64,000 bases of DNA from Mobula hypostoma (Eukaryota). Shown here piece after piece: positions 48,124 through 62,360 of the stretch; within the stretch, counting starts at the first letter, position 1, and each line of letters begins with the position of its first letter. The position numbers were made by a program, and so were the translations under genes. The notes below the pieces were generated by a model that did not search any database, was not told the DNA's origin, and saw only the letters and a program-made list of their open reading frames with translations. The stretch spans positions 210,616,001 to 210,680,000 of the forward strand of contig NC_086097.1 in NCBI RefSeq assembly GCF_963921235.1, in the 5' to 3' direction.

Positions 48124-51100
48124 GCAGCTGAGAGACTGGTGTAGGGGGCAGGGCTTCAGATTCTTGGATAATTGGAATCTCTTCTGGGGAAAGTATGACC
48201 TGTTCAAAAAGGACAGGTTACACCTGAACCTGAAGGGGACCAATATCCTGGCGGGAAAGTTTAATAGAGCTGTTAGGGAGGGTTTAAACTAATTTGGCAG
48301 GGGGATGGGAACCGGAATGATAGAGCGGAGGAAGGGGAAAACAGAAATAAATCTAAGACAGTGAGCAGTAAAGATGTCAGGAAAGACAGCCAGGTGATGG
48401 GGCAAATGTGTAGCCATTGGGATGAGTTGCAGTGCAATAAAGTTGCAGTGAAATCAAAGCAAAAAGTATCAAATACTGGTCTTAAGGTGTTGTACTTAAA
48501 TGCACGCAGCATAAGGAATAAGGTGGATGATCTTGTTGTACAGCTACAGATTGGCAGGTATGATATTGTGACCATCACTGAGACCCGGCTAAAGGATGCA
48601 TGTCTCTGGGAGCTGAACGTCCAAGGATACACGGTGTATCGGAAGGATAGGAAGGTAGGCAGAGGGGGAGGCGTGGCTTTATTGGTAAGAAATGATATTA
48701 AATCATTAGAAAGAAGTGATATAGGATCGGAAGGTGCAGAATCTTTATGGGTTGAGCTAAGAAATAGCAGGGGTAAAAGGACCCTGATGGCAGTTATTTA
48801 TAGGCCTCCAAACAGCTGCAGGGATGTGGACTACAAATTACAACTGGAAATAGAAAAGGCTTGTCAGAAGGGCAGTGTTATGATAATTGTGGGGAATTTT
48901 AACATGCGAGTAGATTGGAAAAATCAGGTCGGCACTGGATCTCAAGAGAGAGAATTTGTAGAATGTCTGCGAGATGGCTTTTTAGAACAGCTTGTTGTTG
49001 AGCCCACTAGGGGATCGGCTGTACTGGATTGGGTATTGTGTAATGAACTGGAGGTGATTGGAGAGATTGAGGTGAAAGAACCCTTAGGAGGCAGTGATCA
49101 TAACATGATTGAGTTCACTGTGAAATTAGAAAAAGAGAAACCGAAATCTGATGTGTCGGTGTTTCAGTGGAGTAAAGGAAACTACAGTGTCATGAGAGAG
49201 GAACTGGCCAAAGTTGACTGGAAAGAGACACTGGAGGGAAAGACGGCAGAGCAGCAGTGGCTGGAGTTTATGCGAGAAATGAGGAATGTGCAAGACAGGT
49301 ATATTCCAAAAAAGAAGAAATTTTCGAGTGGATAAAGGATGCAACCGTGGTTGACAAGAGAAGTCAAAGCCAAAGTTAAAGCTAAGGAGAGGGCATACAA
49401 GGAAGCAAAAATTAGTGGGAAGACAGAGGATTGGGAAGTCTTTAAAACCTTACAAAAGGAAACCAAGAAGGTTATTAAGAGAGAAAAGATTAACTATGAA
49501 AGGAAACTAGCAAATAATATCAAAGAGGATACTAAAAGCTTTTTCAAGTATATAAAGAGTAAAAGACAGGTGAGAGTAGATATAGGACCGATAGAAAATG
49601 ATACTGGAGAAATTGTAATGGGAGATGAGGAGATGGCAGAGGAACTGAACAAGTATTTTGCATCAGTCTTCACTAAGGAAGACAGCAGGATACCGGACAC
49701 TCAAGGGTGGCAGGGAAGAGAAGTGTGCGCAGTCACAATTACGACAGAGAAAGTATTCAGGAAGCTGAATAGGCTAAAGGTCGATAAATCTCCTGGACCA
49801 GATGGAATGCACCCTCGTGTTCTGAAGGAAGTAGCTGTGGAGATTGCGGAGGCATTAGCGATGATCTTTCAAAAGTCGATAGATTCTGGCATGGTTCCGG
49901 AAGACTGGAAGATTGCAAATGTCACTCCGCTATTTAAGAAGGGGGCAAGGAAGCAAAAAGGAAATTATAGACCTGTTAGCTTGACGTCAGTGGTTGGGAA
50001 GTTGTTGGAGTCGATTGTCAAGGATGAGGTTACAGAGTACCTGGAGGCATATGACAAGATAGGCAGAACTCAGCATGGATTCCTTAAAGGAAAATCCTGC
50101 CTGACAAACCTATTACAATTTTTTGAGGAAATTACCAGTAGACTAGACAAGGGAGATGCTGTGGATGTTGTATATTTGGATTTTCAGAAGGCCTTTGACA
50201 AGGTGCCACACATGAGGCTGCTTAACAAGATAAGAGCCCATGGAATTACAGGAAAGTTACATACGTGGATAGAGCGTCGGCTGATTGGCAGGAAACAGAG
50301 AGTGGGAGTAAAGGGATCCTATTCTGTTGGCTGCCGGTTACCAGTGGTGTTCCACAGGGATCAATGTTGGGGCCGCTTCTTTTTACATTGTACATCAACG
50401 ATTTGGATTATGGAATAGATGGCTTTGTGGCTAAGTTTGCTGACGATACGAAGATAGGTGGAGGGGCTGGTAGTGCTGAGGAAACGGAGAGTTTGCAGAG
50501 AGACTTGGATAGATTGGAAGAATGGGCAGAGAAGTGGCAAATGAAGTACAATGTTGGAAAGTGTATGGTTATGCACTTTGGCAGAAAGAATAAATGGGCA
50601 GACTATTATTTAAATGGGGACAGAATTCAAAGTTCTGAGATGCAATGGGACTTGGGAGTCCTCGTACAGGATACCCTTAAAGTTAACCTCCAGGTTGAGT
50701 CAGTAGTGAAGAAGGCGAATGCAGTGTTGGCATTCATTTCTAGAGGAATAGAGTATAGGAGCAGGGATGTGATGTTGAGGCTCTATAAGGCGCTGGTGAG
50801 ACCTCACTTGGAGTACTGTGCGCAGTTTTGGTCTCCTTATTTAAGAAAGGATGTGCTGACGTTGGAGAGGGTACAGAGAAGATTCACTAGAATGATTCCG
50901 GGAATGAGAGGGTTAACATATGAGGAACGTTTGTCCGCTCTTGGACTGTATTCCTTGGAGTTTAGAAGAATGAGGGGAGACCTCATAGAAACATTTCGAA
51001 TGTTAAAAGGCATAGACAGAGTGGATGTGGCAAAGTTGTTTCCCATGATGGGGGAGTCTAGTACGAGAGGGCATGACTTTAGGATTGAAGGGCGCCCTTT

Positions 51101-51375
51101 CAGAACAGAAATGCGAAAAAATTTTTTTAGTCAGAGGGTGGTGAATCTATGGAATTTGTTGCCACGGGCAGCAGTGGAGGCCAAGTCATTGGGTGTATTT
51201 AAGGCACAGATTGATAGGTATCTGAGTAGCCAGGGCATCAAAGGTTATGGTGAGAAGGCGGGGCAGTGGGACTAAATAGGATAAAATGGATCAGCTCATG
51301 ATAAAATGGCGGAGCAGACTCGATGGGCCGAATGGCCTACTTCTGCTCCTTTGTCTTATGGTCTTATGGTCTTAT
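48124..51375 (+). mobile_element. CR1 LINE, young: ORF1 C-terminus, nearly intact ORF2, (TTATGGTC)n tail
   Basis: ORF1 ends DRLHL..REGLN* at 48292. ORF2 has all APE and RT motifs. Confidence 0.97.
48277..51275 (+). pseudogene. CR1 ORF2 (endonuclease/reverse transcriptase) with one nonsense and one frameshift lesion
   Basis: TAA at 49333 (AAA in the sister copy) and a 1-nt deletion at about 50326 (TCTGTTGG vs TCTGGTTGG at 8941). Confidence 0.9.
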
Positions 51376-51769
51376 AGTATTCTTAAAAATATATTGCACT
51401 ATACTGCTGGCACAAAACAACCCTTTTCATGACCTGATTCTGATTCTGAAGATTGTTAGTTCATAAATTACTATGACGTGTAATTGAAGCTACAATAATG
51501 ACTGGTAAGGTTTTGGGAGAAAACTTTCATTGTCTTAAGTAAGTGAGGAGGAGCACACACTTCAGTTTACATCAATGGTGCTGAGTTCCAAAGGATTGAA
51601 AGGTTACTAAGTGTGAACATTACCAATAGCCTGCACGGGTCGAGCCATGTAGACACTATGGCCAAGAAAGTGTACCAGTACCTCTATTTTTCTCAGGAGG
51701 TTAAAGAAATTTGGTATATCCCCTTCGACTCTCAGAAAGTTTTATTGATGCACTATAGAAATCATCCTA

Positions 51770-52365
51770 GTAGGCAGCCGTCAATCCCAGGGTATCATGG
51801 GTTTGTGCCTCTGGTGGACTGTGTCCTCTCCAGGGAGAAAACCTGGCAGGAAGATTTGAAGAACTGGCTGTTGCCCATGCAGCAGGTTCTCCCTCTCCAC
51901 ATCACTGTTGTACTCCAAGGGAAGGGCAGACACCGATACAGCTTGGCACCAGTGTCATCACAGAGGATGCCAGAGTGAAGTTGTAAACAACATCAAACTG
52001 CCTTAGGGACCCTGGATCCGGATTTCTTCCCCGGGGTTTACTCCTGAAGCCTTTCCCATGGGTGGGTATGGCTGCAAGGCAGTGGAGGATTAAAATCAGA
52101 GTTTTCCTTATCCTAGGTGGGTTGTAGTCAAAGGCTGACGAGCCCCACTTGCCAGAAGCAACTGGTTTTGAGGCACCAGTGGTCTGTCTTTGCCCCTTCT
52201 CCTGTCAGTAGAAACAGTTCTGCCGGGCCTAGTAGCTAAGCCACGCATGAAGTACAAGATTTGGACTTGGTTGTCAGAGGCTGTTAGAGATGCATGCTGT
52301 TTGGAGCACTTTATAGGTAGTGGGAGTCTATCCTCACTATTAACCCCAGCTATGACAACCTTAGG
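51770..52365 (-). mobile_element. RTE-related non-autonomous element
   Basis: Shares its body with the SINE at 30413-30701 and interrupts a Rex-type fragment. Confidence 0.55.
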
Positions 52366-52835
52366 AATCAGAGGTCATCCTATCTGGCTAGGTATTGTTG
52401 TAACTGTGAGCAAAGTCACCAGAGATACACTGAAGCTAGTCGATATAGGAGTGTCTTGTTCAGCAAAAATGAGCAACAGGCATCTTTTTGAGGCACTCTT
52501 CGAAGAAGACACCTGCTGGACACAATATTTCATGACATTTTTATATGCTGAAGATCAAAGGTAACAGCAGGACAATTCTATAGTTACAATGTAGCTACAA
52601 TGGTTCCTTAGGATTACATGTGGTTTTCAAACACCTCCTTCTTTGCACCCACACTCCAGACACCCAAAATGAATGTTAATCCCTACTGACTGCATCAATG
52701 CATATGCAAGCGTCTGAAGTCTAAGTGGAGTGTTTCCTTGTTTGCAATTGACCCCATTCTACAGCTCCAGGAAACCTATCGTTCTGAGCTGCATTTTAAA
52801 CTCAACCTGCAATCCACATTCAAATGTGAAGAATG

Positions 52836-53880
52836 GCTCAAAGGTCCAGTTTATTGTCAAAGTATACATGTACAATACAACTCTGATATTTGTCTTCTCC
52901 AGGTAGCATTGGAATACAGAAATACATCAACTCCACCCCCCACATGATAAAGAAAAAGAAACAAACGTCGCTGACCCCAAAATCCCCAACGCTGTCCTCC
53001 GCAGAAAAAACAACGACAATAGCAGCAAATCTCCACTCCCTTCCCGCAGAAAAAGAATAACGACAATGACAATCCCCAGCCTCTTCTCTCACAGAAAAAA
53101 GACAGTAATAATAGCAACACATCCCCAACCCCTCCCCCACAGAAAAAACAGCGACAATAACAATCCCAACTCCCTCACTCGCAAAAAAAGAACAGTGACA
53201 GTAGCATCAGAAACCCCTGAATGCAATCCCAACCAGTTACACACAAAGAACTAACAGATCACCCACCCACCAACTGGCCAAAAGAAAGAAAACACTGAAA
53301 AACTGAAGGAAACCAATATAATGTACAGTCCAATCACATAAATTTCTGAACATCGAACGGTCCTTTTGTGACTCAGAATTCACGCCTGGTCCAAACTGGT
53401 GGCTCCATTAGGAGCGATTGTTGACTGTTTAGCCTCTGGCGGGAGCCACCCCTGACCCCCTCCACATCCACCTTGGTGTCCTTAGTTGGGAGCATTCGCT
53501 GACCATCTGGCCTCCATCGCAGGTGATTGCTAACCCCCTCCACATTCACCTCAATGCTTAAATCTTCCTCGCTACTTCGAGGTGGAGTTGTTCATGACCA
53601 CGCCACCCAACTTTGTTTTTTTTCCATGAATCAGCTCATGTTCTCGGTCCTCTTCAGGTTCTTGTCTCTGATCTCCACGAGGCAGCTCTCTGGACACAGC
53701 AGAGCACTACAACATCCGATCGAGTTCCAAACTGCACGTCACAGGCTCCGACAGTTTCCGTAACACAAACATGATGAAAAGAATAAGCAGACGGCTGAGA
53801 AAAAGTGAAATAATCTAAGAGATTTACTATCTGAAAGATGTCGAACGAGGAATTGTTGTTCACATGACCACTTCGACCAC
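52836..53880 (-). mobile_element. Non-autonomous retroposon with internal 45-bp degenerate tandem repeats (about 52930-53200)
   Basis: The left end (TCAAAGGTCCAGTTTATTG) matches the tail type of 14150 and 22800. Repeated AATCCCCA..CAGAAAAAA..ACAAT units. Confidence 0.55.
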
Positions 53881-55374
53881 TGCTATTGAACTTAATATTT
53901 GCTATATACCCTAACTCCTGAATGTACCCCAACAGGTATGGCAACTACAGAAAGTTTCTGACATAGCTCAGCACATCACAGAAACAATTTCCCCTCCCTA
54001 GAGTCTGTCTATACTTCTTGCTCTGTCAGTAAAGCTGCCAATATAATAAAGGATTTCACATATAATAGACGTTTTCTCTTCTGCCCTGTCCCATTAAGCA
54101 GAAGATGAAAATCTCAAAAGTAATAAGACAATTCAACTGTCCCCTAGTCCGATAAGATTGACTCGATCTTACAGTCAACCTTTTTGTGACCTTCTGTCTT
54201 ATTGTCTAAACTGCATTTTCTCTGTGATTGCAACACTTTATTCTGCATTCTGTTATTGTTTTCCCTTGTACTACCCCAATGCACTGTGGCAATGAAATCA
54301 TCCATACGGTTGGTATGCAGAGCAAAGTTTTTCACTGTACCTCAGTATATGGGATAATAATAAATTAATTTACCAGAATGTCTTCATCTGAATTTTCCCA
54401 TCTGATCTACCTTTTCAATTCATCTGAGTTTAGCCCACTGTTCAACTTTGCTTTGCTATGAGCATTCATAAGGCACAAAGACGATCGCTAAAATTTGTTG
54501 GCCTTAATCTTGAAACTCAGTGCTTTTGTGACAGTCTGCTGCATGCTGTTTGCTCCAGAGTTGAAGATAAAAATAATCTGTACATTTTTAAAATGGATTG
54601 AACATTTAAACCATATAAAGCATGTACATAGCTACTTAAAGAGAACTATATCAAATGAACATCCTTCTATTCAATGTACTATATATGTTTTTATTGATTA
54701 GGCTTCAGTTAAGTTACACAATTTTAACCCATAATTATATTACACATGGAAGCTTAAGTAAAATTCTAGTTAGATTTTAATTAGATTTTATTTTATTTAC
54801 AGGGAGTTTTGTAATACCCAAATGCATGGAGATGAATATAAGCATCATGACTGTCAGCATAATAACATAAGAAGTGCTGGGTATAGCAGCTTGTTGAGAA
54901 TAAATCTATTATTGTCCCATAGGCACTTCCGTATCTGATAAAGAAATTTATTTGATTTATTTTAGAATGTATTAGACATCTGCTATCCATAAAAGAGTAT
55001 TATTTATTATTGCTCCAGAGCTACTGATAGCCTTAAGAAGCAGATGCTATTTCAATGATCTTTTCCTATTTGACATGAATTGAATATTATGTACTATTGA
55101 TTTTGTCTTTATGAATTCGACATGTATTAATTTTGTTGCCAGAAATTTATTTTTACTTCCTTCTTGGTAAATTCTAGGTTTCCTGGTCGACAATGTTCTT
55201 ATTTCTAAGAAAAATGTGCCATGTAGTATTCAATATTCTCTCAATTTTAATGCAAGGCAACTCTGAAACAAGTTGTATTTATGTATCATTCTTAATTTTG
55301 TAAAATAATATTTAGGCATTTTGGAACAGATTGGATAAATAAATTTCCCCCTCCATGACTGCCTGCTCACAAGT

Positions 55375-55653
55375 CTTAGGGCACAGTTTTAAGGTGCTTG
55401 CAAGTAGGTCCAGAGGAGATGTCAGGGGTTTTTTACATGGAGAGTGATGAGTGTGTGGAATGGGCTGCCAGCAACAGTGGTGGAGGCAGATACGATAGGG
55501 TCTTTTATGAGACTTTTAGATAGGTACATGAAGCCTAGAAAAATAGAGGGTTATGGGTAATCATAGGTAATTTCTAAGTACGTACGTGTTCGGCACAGCA
55601 TTGTGGGCCGAAGGGCCTGTATTGTGCTGTAGGTTTTCTATGTTTCTATGTTT
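55375..55653 (+). mobile_element. CR1 3' end
   Basis: GGGCCGAAGGGCCTGT hairpin region and (TTCTATGT)n tail. Confidence 0.8.
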
Positions 55654-56752
55654 CATCCGCTACTATTTCTGTTACATTAACCACAAAATGCTGTTTTGCT
55701 CACCTTCCCTTTCTGAATGGAACATTCTCATTATAACATCTAATCCACTTTTACATTATCTTCAACATCTCTTCTTCTTTCTATAGCACATCCTATGTAA
55801 ACAGAAGGCATAAAATAGCTGTAATTGTACCTTCTCCCTTCCTCCTTCTTCTTGGGAATACTGAAATCATTGTATCATTCTATCATTTTGAATATTATGT
55901 TCTTTGCACATAGTGCATCCTCCTCTCTGCTTTACAGTGTAGCCATACCAGGCCTTAGCTCACAAGTTGAGCCCTATATAACCAAAGGGAATAACTTCAC
56001 TCAACTTCACTTGCCTCAGCATTGCATTGCAATATTTCCACAACCAATGGACTGACTTTCAAGGACTCTTCATCTCACATTCTCAATACTTATTGCTTAT
56101 TTATTTATTATTATTGTTTCTGCTTTTTATATTTGCACAGTTTGTTGTCTTCCGCACTCTGGTCGAACAACCTAGTTGGGCGGCTTTCACTTATTCTGTT
56201 ATGGTTATTATTCTATAGATTTATTGAGAATGCCCACAAGAAAATGAATCTCAGGATTGTATATGGTGACATATACTGTATGTATGTTGACAATAACATT
56301 TTCTTTTAACTTTGAACAAGCTTCCTGCCATGTGTTACTCTTCATCTGATTCTGAACAATGGTTTCAATTGAAATCAAAACAGTTAACTCAACTTTTAAA
56401 TGAGCCCATTTGCATCTTCCCCACCTCAAAATCTTTCAACATTAGCACATTGTAACCATTACTCCAATTCATGTCATGGTAACACATTTGTTCTTTATTC
56501 TTTATTAAATTATTCTTGCCAGACACAGAGCTTTCATTATGCTATTTTCTCTGATTTCTTTTTCCTTGTAACCATATCCGTTTCAAAGTCATTACATCTA
56601 CAATAAGGTTTTGTGTACTGTCACAGATCTCAAATGTTAACAACTTCTGCTTGCTTCCCAGCTGATAATATAATCAGCTGGACAGACTGTGATCCGTTGC
56701 AAGGGATTTGTTTAGTTATGATGTTATATTCCATTCTTTGCAATGTATCATT

Positions 56753-57078
56753 AGACCATGAGACATGGGAGCAGAATTAGGCCATTTGGCCTGTCGAGTC
56801 TGCTTTGCCATTCCATTATTGCTGGTTTATTATCCCACTCAACCCCATTCTCCTGCCTTCTCCCCGTATCCTTTGACACCCTTACCAATCAAGAACCTAT
56901 CAACCTGAATTTTAGATGTACCCAATGACTAGGCCACCACAGCTGTCTGTGGCAATGAATTCCATAAGTTCACCACCTTCTGTCTAAAGAAATTCCTCCT
57001 CATCTCTGTTCTGAAGGAATGCCCTTGCATTCTGAGGCTATGCTCCCTGGTCTAGACTCCCCCCACTATAGGAAATAT
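56753..57078 (-). mobile_element. CR1 3' end
   Basis: Homologous to 9950-10270. Confidence 0.85.
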
Positions 57079-57999
57079 TGTGATTATTAACGGATTAGGA
57101 CTTAAATTGTGCAAACTGTAAATAGGGGGCATACACCAGGAAAACTAGTGGACTAAATTTTGCAATCCTTTTCAAGAATTCTTGTCCTAACTATCTTCCA
57201 GGTATTGCCATACCACTGGTTCTTTATTTCTATTTTACGGCATAATGTTGAGACGAACTTGTATTTAAGTAAAGCTTAATAAGTAAGGCATGGTAATAGC
57301 TGGAATAAGTGAACAGGAGTGAAATGGATTTGCACTGGGGCGGGATACCGGCAGCCACATTTATGCTAAGTTTTTGATTATGGAATAATGAGAGTGATGC
57401 TCACGTTTGGTAAGTAGAATTGACAACTTGGCATCTGTTGTATTTCATTCAGCAAAGATATATGTGATTCAGATATTGTGCAATGTACGACACTCGGCAC
57501 ATGTGGGGAGACAGCAAGTTGTAGAATAGATACTTGTTTTGCTGCCGTGTGGTTTCAAGGATCCAGATGTAACACCTCATGCTTCCTGCCCTGACGGCAA
57601 AGGCACACTTGGATATAAACGTCACTGACACCTATGAAGTTCCATGCAGGTGTTTGAAATAAAACAGAAGCATGTTAGATGAGAGCCAGCGTTGAGGAAA
57701 AATCACAGGAGGTGGACACAACAAGCACTATAATCTTTATCTTCCCACAGAGAGGCAGAATGGTTGTTAATAATCTATTCCATTATCTATTCATTATAGC
57801 TGCGAAGTTCTAAAATTATATGTAATTATCAGACACACATCACAGAATGTTAGAGGTTACTGTGCAAAATACTGAGATTTCCCATTGGAGCTGGGGTAGT
57901 GAGTGGGTATCCATTCAATTAGTGCAGAACTCGTAAGGGCATACATGCGATTTCTTTGGATCCTGTCACTTTGAACGCATTTCACTTCACTTCCAACTT

Positions 58000-58740
58000 G
58001 AGTCTCAATGTGGACAAGACTAGAGAGATTATTGTGGACGTAAGGAAGCTGGGGGGGGGGTGTCCACTCCTCTCTGCACATAAATGGCTTCACTTTGAAG
58101 AGAATTAGTGTCTTTGAGTTCACATAATGGGTGATCTTGCCTGGTCCCTCAACTCCACCTCTTTTGTTAAGAAAGCACAGCAGCTTCTCCGAATGCTGAG
58201 GGAATTGAGGCAAGCGAGGCTCTTCCCCCCATCTGCCCCAACCTAACAATTTTTTCAGTGAAGCACCATTGAGAAGGTCCTCGCCAGATGCAACATCATC
58301 TGGTATGGGAATTGCGGAGCATCTGACTGTAAGACCCTACAAAGGATTGTCAGGACTGCTGAGAAGATCATTGGGGTGTCTCTTCCACCCACTTGAGATA
58401 TTTATCAGGAGCACTGTATATGGAGGGCCCTCCCATCCCTTCCACAATTCCATTGAACCCCCTACCAACAGGCAGTAGGTACCATAGCATTAGAACAAGG
58501 ACCAGTAGGATGTGAAACAGCTTCTTCCCTGAGACCATGATACTAATGAACTCCCTGCCACCACCCTGGAGGAGGTCTCATCATACATAAAGCGCCACTA
58601 GCATTATACTGTTCATTGTTTAACTTGTGTCATAAATGCGCCTTATGCTAAATGTCAAACTTCTGGAATATATTTCGTTGTTTGTAATAATTGTACCTTA
58701 TGTGTTTAATATGAGTTATATATACTGTGTTGTGTACCTT
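58000..58740 (+). mobile_element. Rex/L2-type LINE 3' fragment
   Basis: KKAQQ..L..LR.., RT.R..NSFFP remnants. Confidence 0.6.
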
Positions 58741-58742
58741 GG

Positions 58743-61700
58743 TCATAGAGTCATAGAACACTACAGCATAGAAACTGTCCTTTCAGCCCATCTACTCTAT
58801 GCTGATCCATTAATCTACCTAGTCTTATTGATCTGTACCTGGGCAATAGCCCTCCATACTCCCCACATCCATGTACCTATCTAAATTTCTCTTAAATGTT
58901 GAAATCGAACCTACATCTGCCACTTGCACTGGTAGCTCATTCCACATTCACAACCTTCTGAATGAAGAAATTCCCCCTCATGCTCCCCTTAAACTTTTCA
59001 CCTTTCACCTTTCACCATTAGCCCATGACCTCTAGTTGTAGTCTCACCCAACCCCAGTAGAAAAAAAATCTGTTTGCATTTACACTATCTATAACCATCA
59101 TAGTTTTGTATACCTCTATCAAATCTCCTCTCAGTCTTCTAGAGAATAAAGACCTAAACTATTCAACTTTTCCTTATGAAACAGGTCCTTGAAAATTTTC
59201 TCTGCAGTCTTTCAATCTTATTTACATCTTTCTTGTAGGCAGGTGACTAAAACTGCCCACAATACTCCAAATTAGGCCTCAGCAATGTCTTGTACAATTT
59301 CAACATAAGATCCCAACTCCTGTACTCAATACATTGATTTATGATGGCCAATGTGTCAAAAGCTTTCTTTATGAGCCTCTTTACCTGTGATGCTACTTTC
59401 AAAGGTATGAATTCGTACTCCCAGATCCCTCTGTTCTACCACACTCCTCATTGCCTACTATTCACTGTATAAGACCTGCACTGGTTGGACCTACCAAAGT
59501 GCAACAAATCACACTTGTCTGCATTAAATTCCATCTGCCATTTTTCAGCCCATTTTTCCAGCTGGTCCAGATCCTGGTGCAAGATTTGATAGACTACCTC
59601 ACTGTGTTGTCCACTTCACCCCCATTCTTAGTGTCATCCGCAAATTTGTTGATCCAGTTTACCACATTATCATCCAGATCATTTTTATAGATGCCAAACA
59701 ACGATGGACCCAGCACCAATGCCTGCAGCACACCACTCGTCACAGGCCTCCAGTCAGAGAGACAAACATCTACTACTACTACTCTTTGGCTCCTCCTGTG
59801 TAGCCAATGTCTAATTCAATTTACTACCTCATTTTAAATGCTGAGCGACTGGAGCATGTGACCAGCCTCCCATGCGGGACCTTGTCAAAGGCCTTGCTCA
59901 ACTTTAGGTAGATAGCATCCACTGCCCTGCCTTGATCAACTTACCTGGTAACTTCCTTGATAAACTCTGTAAAATTGGTTAGACACAGCCTCCCATGCAC
60001 AAAGCTTAATCAAAGCCTAGATGCTTACTATTCCTAATCAGCCCATGTGTATCCAAATATTCATATATTGAGTCCCTTAGTATACCTTCCCTTAGAGTAT
60101 CTTCTAGTAAATTTCCCACTAGTGATGTCAGACTCACTGGCTTATAATTTCCCGACTTATTCTTGGAGGCTTTCTTAAACAACAGAACAATATTAGCTAT
60201 CCTCCAATCTTCCAGCACCTCGCCTGTTGCTAAGGATGTTCCAAATGTCTCTGCTAGAGCCCCTGTAATTTCTGCACCAGCCTCCCACGGGGTCTGAGAT
60301 AAAACCTCGGCAGGCCCTAGGGATTTATCCACCCTAATTTGCCACAAGACAGCAAATACCTCATCCTCTGTGATCTGTATAGAGTCCATGACCACACGTT
60401 GCCTCATTTCTACAGACTTTGTCTTCATCTCTTGAGGAAATACAGATGCAAAAAAATCCATTTAAGATCTCCCCCATCTCTTTCAGTTCCATGCATACAT
60501 TACTACTCTGATCTTTCAGAGGACCAATTTTGTTCCTTGTTATCCTTTTGCTCTTAATATACAGTATGTGTAGAAGCCTTTAAGATTCTCCTTCAGCTTG
60601 TCTGCTAAAGCAACCTCATGCTTTATTTTAGCCCTCTTGATTTCATAAGAACATAAGAATATAGGAAATAGGAGCAGGAGTAGGCCATCGAGCCTGCTCT
60701 GCCATTCAATAAGATCGTGGTTGATCTGACCATGGACTCATCTTCACCTACCTGCCTTTTCTCCATAACCCTTAATTCATCTACTATGCAAAAATCTATC
60801 CAACCTTGTCTTAAATATATTTACTGAGGTTGCCTTCACTGCTTCATTGGGCAGAGAATTCCACAGATTCACCACTCTCTGGGAAAAGCAGTTCCTCCTC
60901 ATCTCCACCCTTAAGTCTCCTCTTGTATTTTTTTGTTCCTGCCGGCCTAAATCTGCTATGCATCTCCTTCTTTTTCTTAACATGGGCCTCAACATCTCTT
61001 GAAAACAAAGGTTCCCTAAACCTGTTGTCCTTGCTTTATATTCTGACAGGAACATACAAGCTCTGTGTTCTTAAAATTTCACTTTTGAAGTCCTCTTACC
61101 AAGTCTGCTTTTGCTAGAAAACAGCTTGTCCTAATTCACATTTGCCAGATCCTTTCTGATACCATCAAAAATGGCATTTCTCTAATTTGGAATCTCAACC
61201 CAAGGACCAGACCTATCCCTTTCCACAATTACTTTGAAACTAATGACAATATGATTACTAGATGCTGTGTTCTCAAACACAAATTTCTGACACCTGCTCT
61301 GTCTCATAGAAACATAGAAACATAGAAAATAGGTGCAGGAGTAGGACATTCGCCCCTTCATGCCATCACTGTCATTCAGTATGATCATGGCTGATCATCC
61401 AACTCAGAACCCTGTACCTGCCTTCTCTCCATACCCCCGATCCCCTTACCCACAAGGGCCATATCTAACTCCCTCTTAATTATAGCCAATGAACTGGCCT
61501 CAACTGTTTCCTGTGGCAGAGAATTCCACAGATTCACTACTCTCTGTGTGAAGAAGTTTTTCCTCATCTCGGTCCTAAAAGGCTTCCCCTTTATCCTCAA
61601 ACTGTGTCCCCTCGTTCTGGACTTACCCAACATCGGGAACAATCTTCCTACATCTAGCCCGTCCAATCTCTTTAGAATTTTATACATTTCAATAAGATCC

Positions 61701-62360
61701 CCCCTCAATCTTCTAAATTCTAGTGAGTATAAGCCTAGTCGATCCAGTCTTTCATCATATGAAAGTCCTGCCATCCCAGGAATCAATCTGGTGAACCTTC
61801 TTTGTACTCCCTCTATGGCAAGAATGTCTTTCCTCAGATTAGGGGAACAAAACTGCACACAATATCTCATTTCCATAATAGGAGATCTAGGATCACACCC
61901 TCTCTAGCTGGGACTGGGATTTCTGTGCACTGATTAAGGGAACTTTCATGAACACATTCGACAAACTCTGTACCATCCAGCGCTTTTACAGTATGGGAGT
62001 CCCTGTGAATATGTGGAAAGTTAAAATCACCTACTATCAGAACCTTATGTTTCTTGCAACTGTATGAGATTTCTCTACAAATATGCTTCACTAAATTCCA
62101 TGGACTGTTGGGTTGTCAATAATATAATCCCATTAATATGGTCATACCTTTCTTATTATTCAGTCCTACCCATAAAGCCTCACCAGACAAGCTCTCTAGT
62201 CTGTTCCGACTGACTGCATACTCCTGTGATATCTTTCCTGACTAGTAATGCCACCACTCCCCCTTTAATCCCTCTCATTCTTTCACGTCTAAAACAATGG
62301 AACCCTGGAACATTGAGCTGCCAGTCCTGCCCCTCCTGAGCCATGACTCACTAATGTCTA
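58743..62360 (-). mobile_element. Old CR1 ORF2 with two nested CR1 3' ends (about 60645-60912; 61308-61864)
   Basis: VLIVGDFNFP, EDWRIANIV..NYKPVSLTS; (CATAGAGT) tail. The inner copy has TSD TCTCAT and a (CATAGAAA)n tail. Confidence 0.85.
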
